Part shown: positions 18,660-20,000 of the stretch, one piece after another
How the letters are laid out: each line of letters begins with the position of its first letter
Numbering within the stretch: the stretch's first letter is position 1
Virus record (IMG/VR): IMGVR_UViG_2513020035_000002
DNA length: 20,000 bases
Origin: an uncultured virus (IMG/VR IMGVR_UViG_2513020035_000002)
Taxonomy: Duplodnaviria > Heunggongvirae > Uroviricota > Caudoviricetes
Direction: 5' to 3' (one strand)
Program-made: the position numbers and the translations under genes
The notes under the pieces: generated by a model
Seen by the model: only the letters and a program-made list of their open reading frames with translations
Told to the model about the DNA's origin: nothing
Database searches by the model: none

Positions 18660-19235
18660 ATGATAGATACTTTACAAGTCATAACGAATTCATTAACTAA
18701 TGAAAAAATGTTGATGGAATCTACGATGAATTTTTATGATATTCTTGATTATGCTTACAAAATAGCTATGGTGGTCATAGCTATTTTTAATGCTTGTTTT
18801 GCAGTTTATATTTATAATTCAAATAGTAGAAAGAGTTCTAAAGATAAAGATGCTGATAGAAAGATTGCTTTATTAAAATCTTTGATATTGGATTATAATT
18901 TAAAATTTCTATATGATTCATTTGCTGATTTAGAAAAAGATTTATCTAAATTAAAAGAAAAAGGATGTGATAAATCAGCTGTTGAAAAGAGTATACAAAC
19001 CGATTTTAGAAAATTGAATGAACGCTTTGTTAATTTTCTGGAGGCTATAGATGGGACATTATATCATTCTATGTTGGATGCTTGTGATCAATGTCGGGAT
19101 AAGATTGTAAGTAACATAGGTGATGACGGAGTTAATTTATGGGTAGATGAAAAATATAAAGATTTAATAATGAAGCCTTTGGATGATACAAAGAAAAAAA
19201 TGTTAAGTCAACTTTTTAACTATAGAGGAGAGTAA
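18660..19235 (+). CDS. Single-pass membrane protein with helical soluble domain
   Basis: Hydrophobic stretch IAMVVIAIFNACFAVYIY followed by a charged helical region. Starts 4 nt after the previous stop. Confidence 0.7.
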   Translation: MIDTLQVITNSLTNEKMLMESTMNFYDILDYAYKIAMVVIAIFNACFAVYIYNSNSRKSSKDKDADRKIALLKSLILDYNLKFLYDSFADLEKDLSKLKEKGCDKSAVEKSIQTDFRKLNERFVNFLEAIDGTLYHSMLDACDQCRDKIVSNIGDDGVNLWVDEKYKDLIMKPLDDTKKKMLSQLFNYRGE

Positions 19236-19298
19236 TTTTATACAGTTTATAATAATAAGCTGTCACTTTATTGGAAGGGATAGTTTTTATATTATGGT

Positions 19299-19330
19299 AA
19301 AAAAGAAGGGGTGCATCTACCCCTTCTTTT
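19299..19330. terminator. Bidirectional Rho-independent terminator
   Basis: AAAAGAAGGGGT-GCATCT-ACCCCTTCTTTT, a perfect 12-bp stem with A- and T-runs on the outer sides. Confidence 0.8.
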
Positions 19331-19429
19331 GTAATTCCTTCTTATCAACAACACACGAATCAACAAACTCTCAAGAAGGGTTACATAAGATAGTACTAAT
19401 ATATAAGTGAAAAGTTCGATCGTGGATAT

Positions 19430-19503
19430 AAAAAAAGTGAGGGGAACCACCCCCTCACCAAAGTCAAACCAAAATAATCCGAATTATGTCCGTATTATCT
19501 TGA
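19430..19503 (-). ncRNA. Candidate small RNA (~75 nt) with its own promoter and terminator
   Basis: Minus-strand TATCTTTG at 19516-19509, then about 45 nt, then terminator GTGAGGGG-GTGGTT-CCCCTCAC-TTTTTTT (19458-19430). No ORF inside. Confidence 0.55.
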
Positions 19504-19508
19504 TGTTG

Positions 19509-19516
19509 CAAAGATA
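19509..19516 (-). promoter_or_regulatory. Bacteroidetes -7 promoter element TATCTTTG
   Basis: The + strand reads TTGCAAAGATA, so the minus strand reads TATCTTTGCAA, a consensus match. Confidence 0.65.
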
Positions 19517-19539
19517 CAATTATTTTTCGATTAGACAAT

Positions 19540-19570
19540 AAAAATCCCTGCATCGGCTCAATGCAGGGAT
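19540..19570 (-). terminator. Rho-independent terminator of the DUF5053-like gene
   Basis: Perfect 10-bp stem ATCCCTGCAT / ATGCAGGGAT with a 7-nt loop and a T-run on the minus strand, 16 nt after the stop at 19587. Confidence 0.8.
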
Positions 19571-19586
19571 GGTGTCAAATAAGAGC

Positions 19587-20000
19587 TTAACTGATTTTTA
19601 ATGATGTCTGATGAATCATTTCGCTAACATCGTTCAAAGCGTTCAGGAACGTTTTGAGTTCATTGTCAGTAAAGCGAGCCTTTTTCCCGTTGACTATATT
19701 CCCGTTAATACGCTGATATAGCCAGTTTCTACTTTTACCAAAATATTTCTTTGCAATATAACTGAATGAGATTGCTTCGGGCAATTCTCCAAGTTTATCA
19801 CGTAATATGGCTTCTTCCGCTCTTTCTATATAATCATTGCAGGCGTTTACCGTTGCTTTTAGCCCAGCTTCAGATACTTTTTTGTAGGCTTCCTTTTGGG
19901 CTTCCGGTAGTTTATTATATTTATCCTGCATTTCCTTTTTGAAAGCTTCTTTTTCTTCTGTGGTTTTTAGTTCTTTGAATCTTTCAAAGTCAGCCTGCAT
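19587..20000 (-). CDS. DUF5053-like HTH protein (possible antitoxin/regulator); start may lie beyond the window
   Basis: ISFSYIAKKYFGKSRNWLYQRINGNIVNGKKARFT...LNAL pattern recognised from the Bacteroides DUF5053 family. Confidence 0.7.
   Translation of the reverse strand: MQADFERFKELKTTEEKEAFKKEMQDKYNKLPEAQKEAYKKVSEAGLKATVNACNDYIERAEEAILRDKLGELPEAISFSYIAKKYFGKSRNWLYQRINGNIVNGKKARFTDNELKTFLNALNDVSEMIHQTSLKIS

Noticed and set aside
1..20000. Assignment to a named phage such as Hankyphage
   Set aside because: The architecture resembles DGR-carrying Bacteroides phages, but identity cannot be established without a database search.

Overview
This window looks like the late (tail and lysis) region of a temperate Bacteroidales/Bacteroides-type phage or prophage; the host assignment is inferred from TAnnTTTG promoter boxes, a DUF5053-like gene and the gene style. 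From left to right it holds: the 3' part of an AT-rich accessory gene; two minor tail genes; a ~2,060-aa mosaic tail protein (lectin-like, CotH-kinase-like and LRR-like segments); two tandem paralogous C-type-lectin (DUF1566/Lcl-like) genes; a complete diversity-generating retroelement (DGR); a lysis cassette; an AT-rich three-gene module (GHKL-like ATPase, STAS/DUF4325-like protein, membrane protein); a hairpin-dense intergenic region with probable small RNA genes; and a convergent DUF5053-like gene. The DGR consists of a VR in the second lectin gene, a GRNA-loop hairpin, avd, TR and RT. All 10 VR/TR mismatches in the readable core fall on TR adenines. Its unusual features are that the TR is read in frame as the RT N-terminus, the RT ORF begins with a beta-clamp-like QLELF motif, and the catalytic motif is FVDD. 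Several N-runs appear to be scaffold padding that splits real genes. All family assignments come from motif recognition by eye, not database searches.
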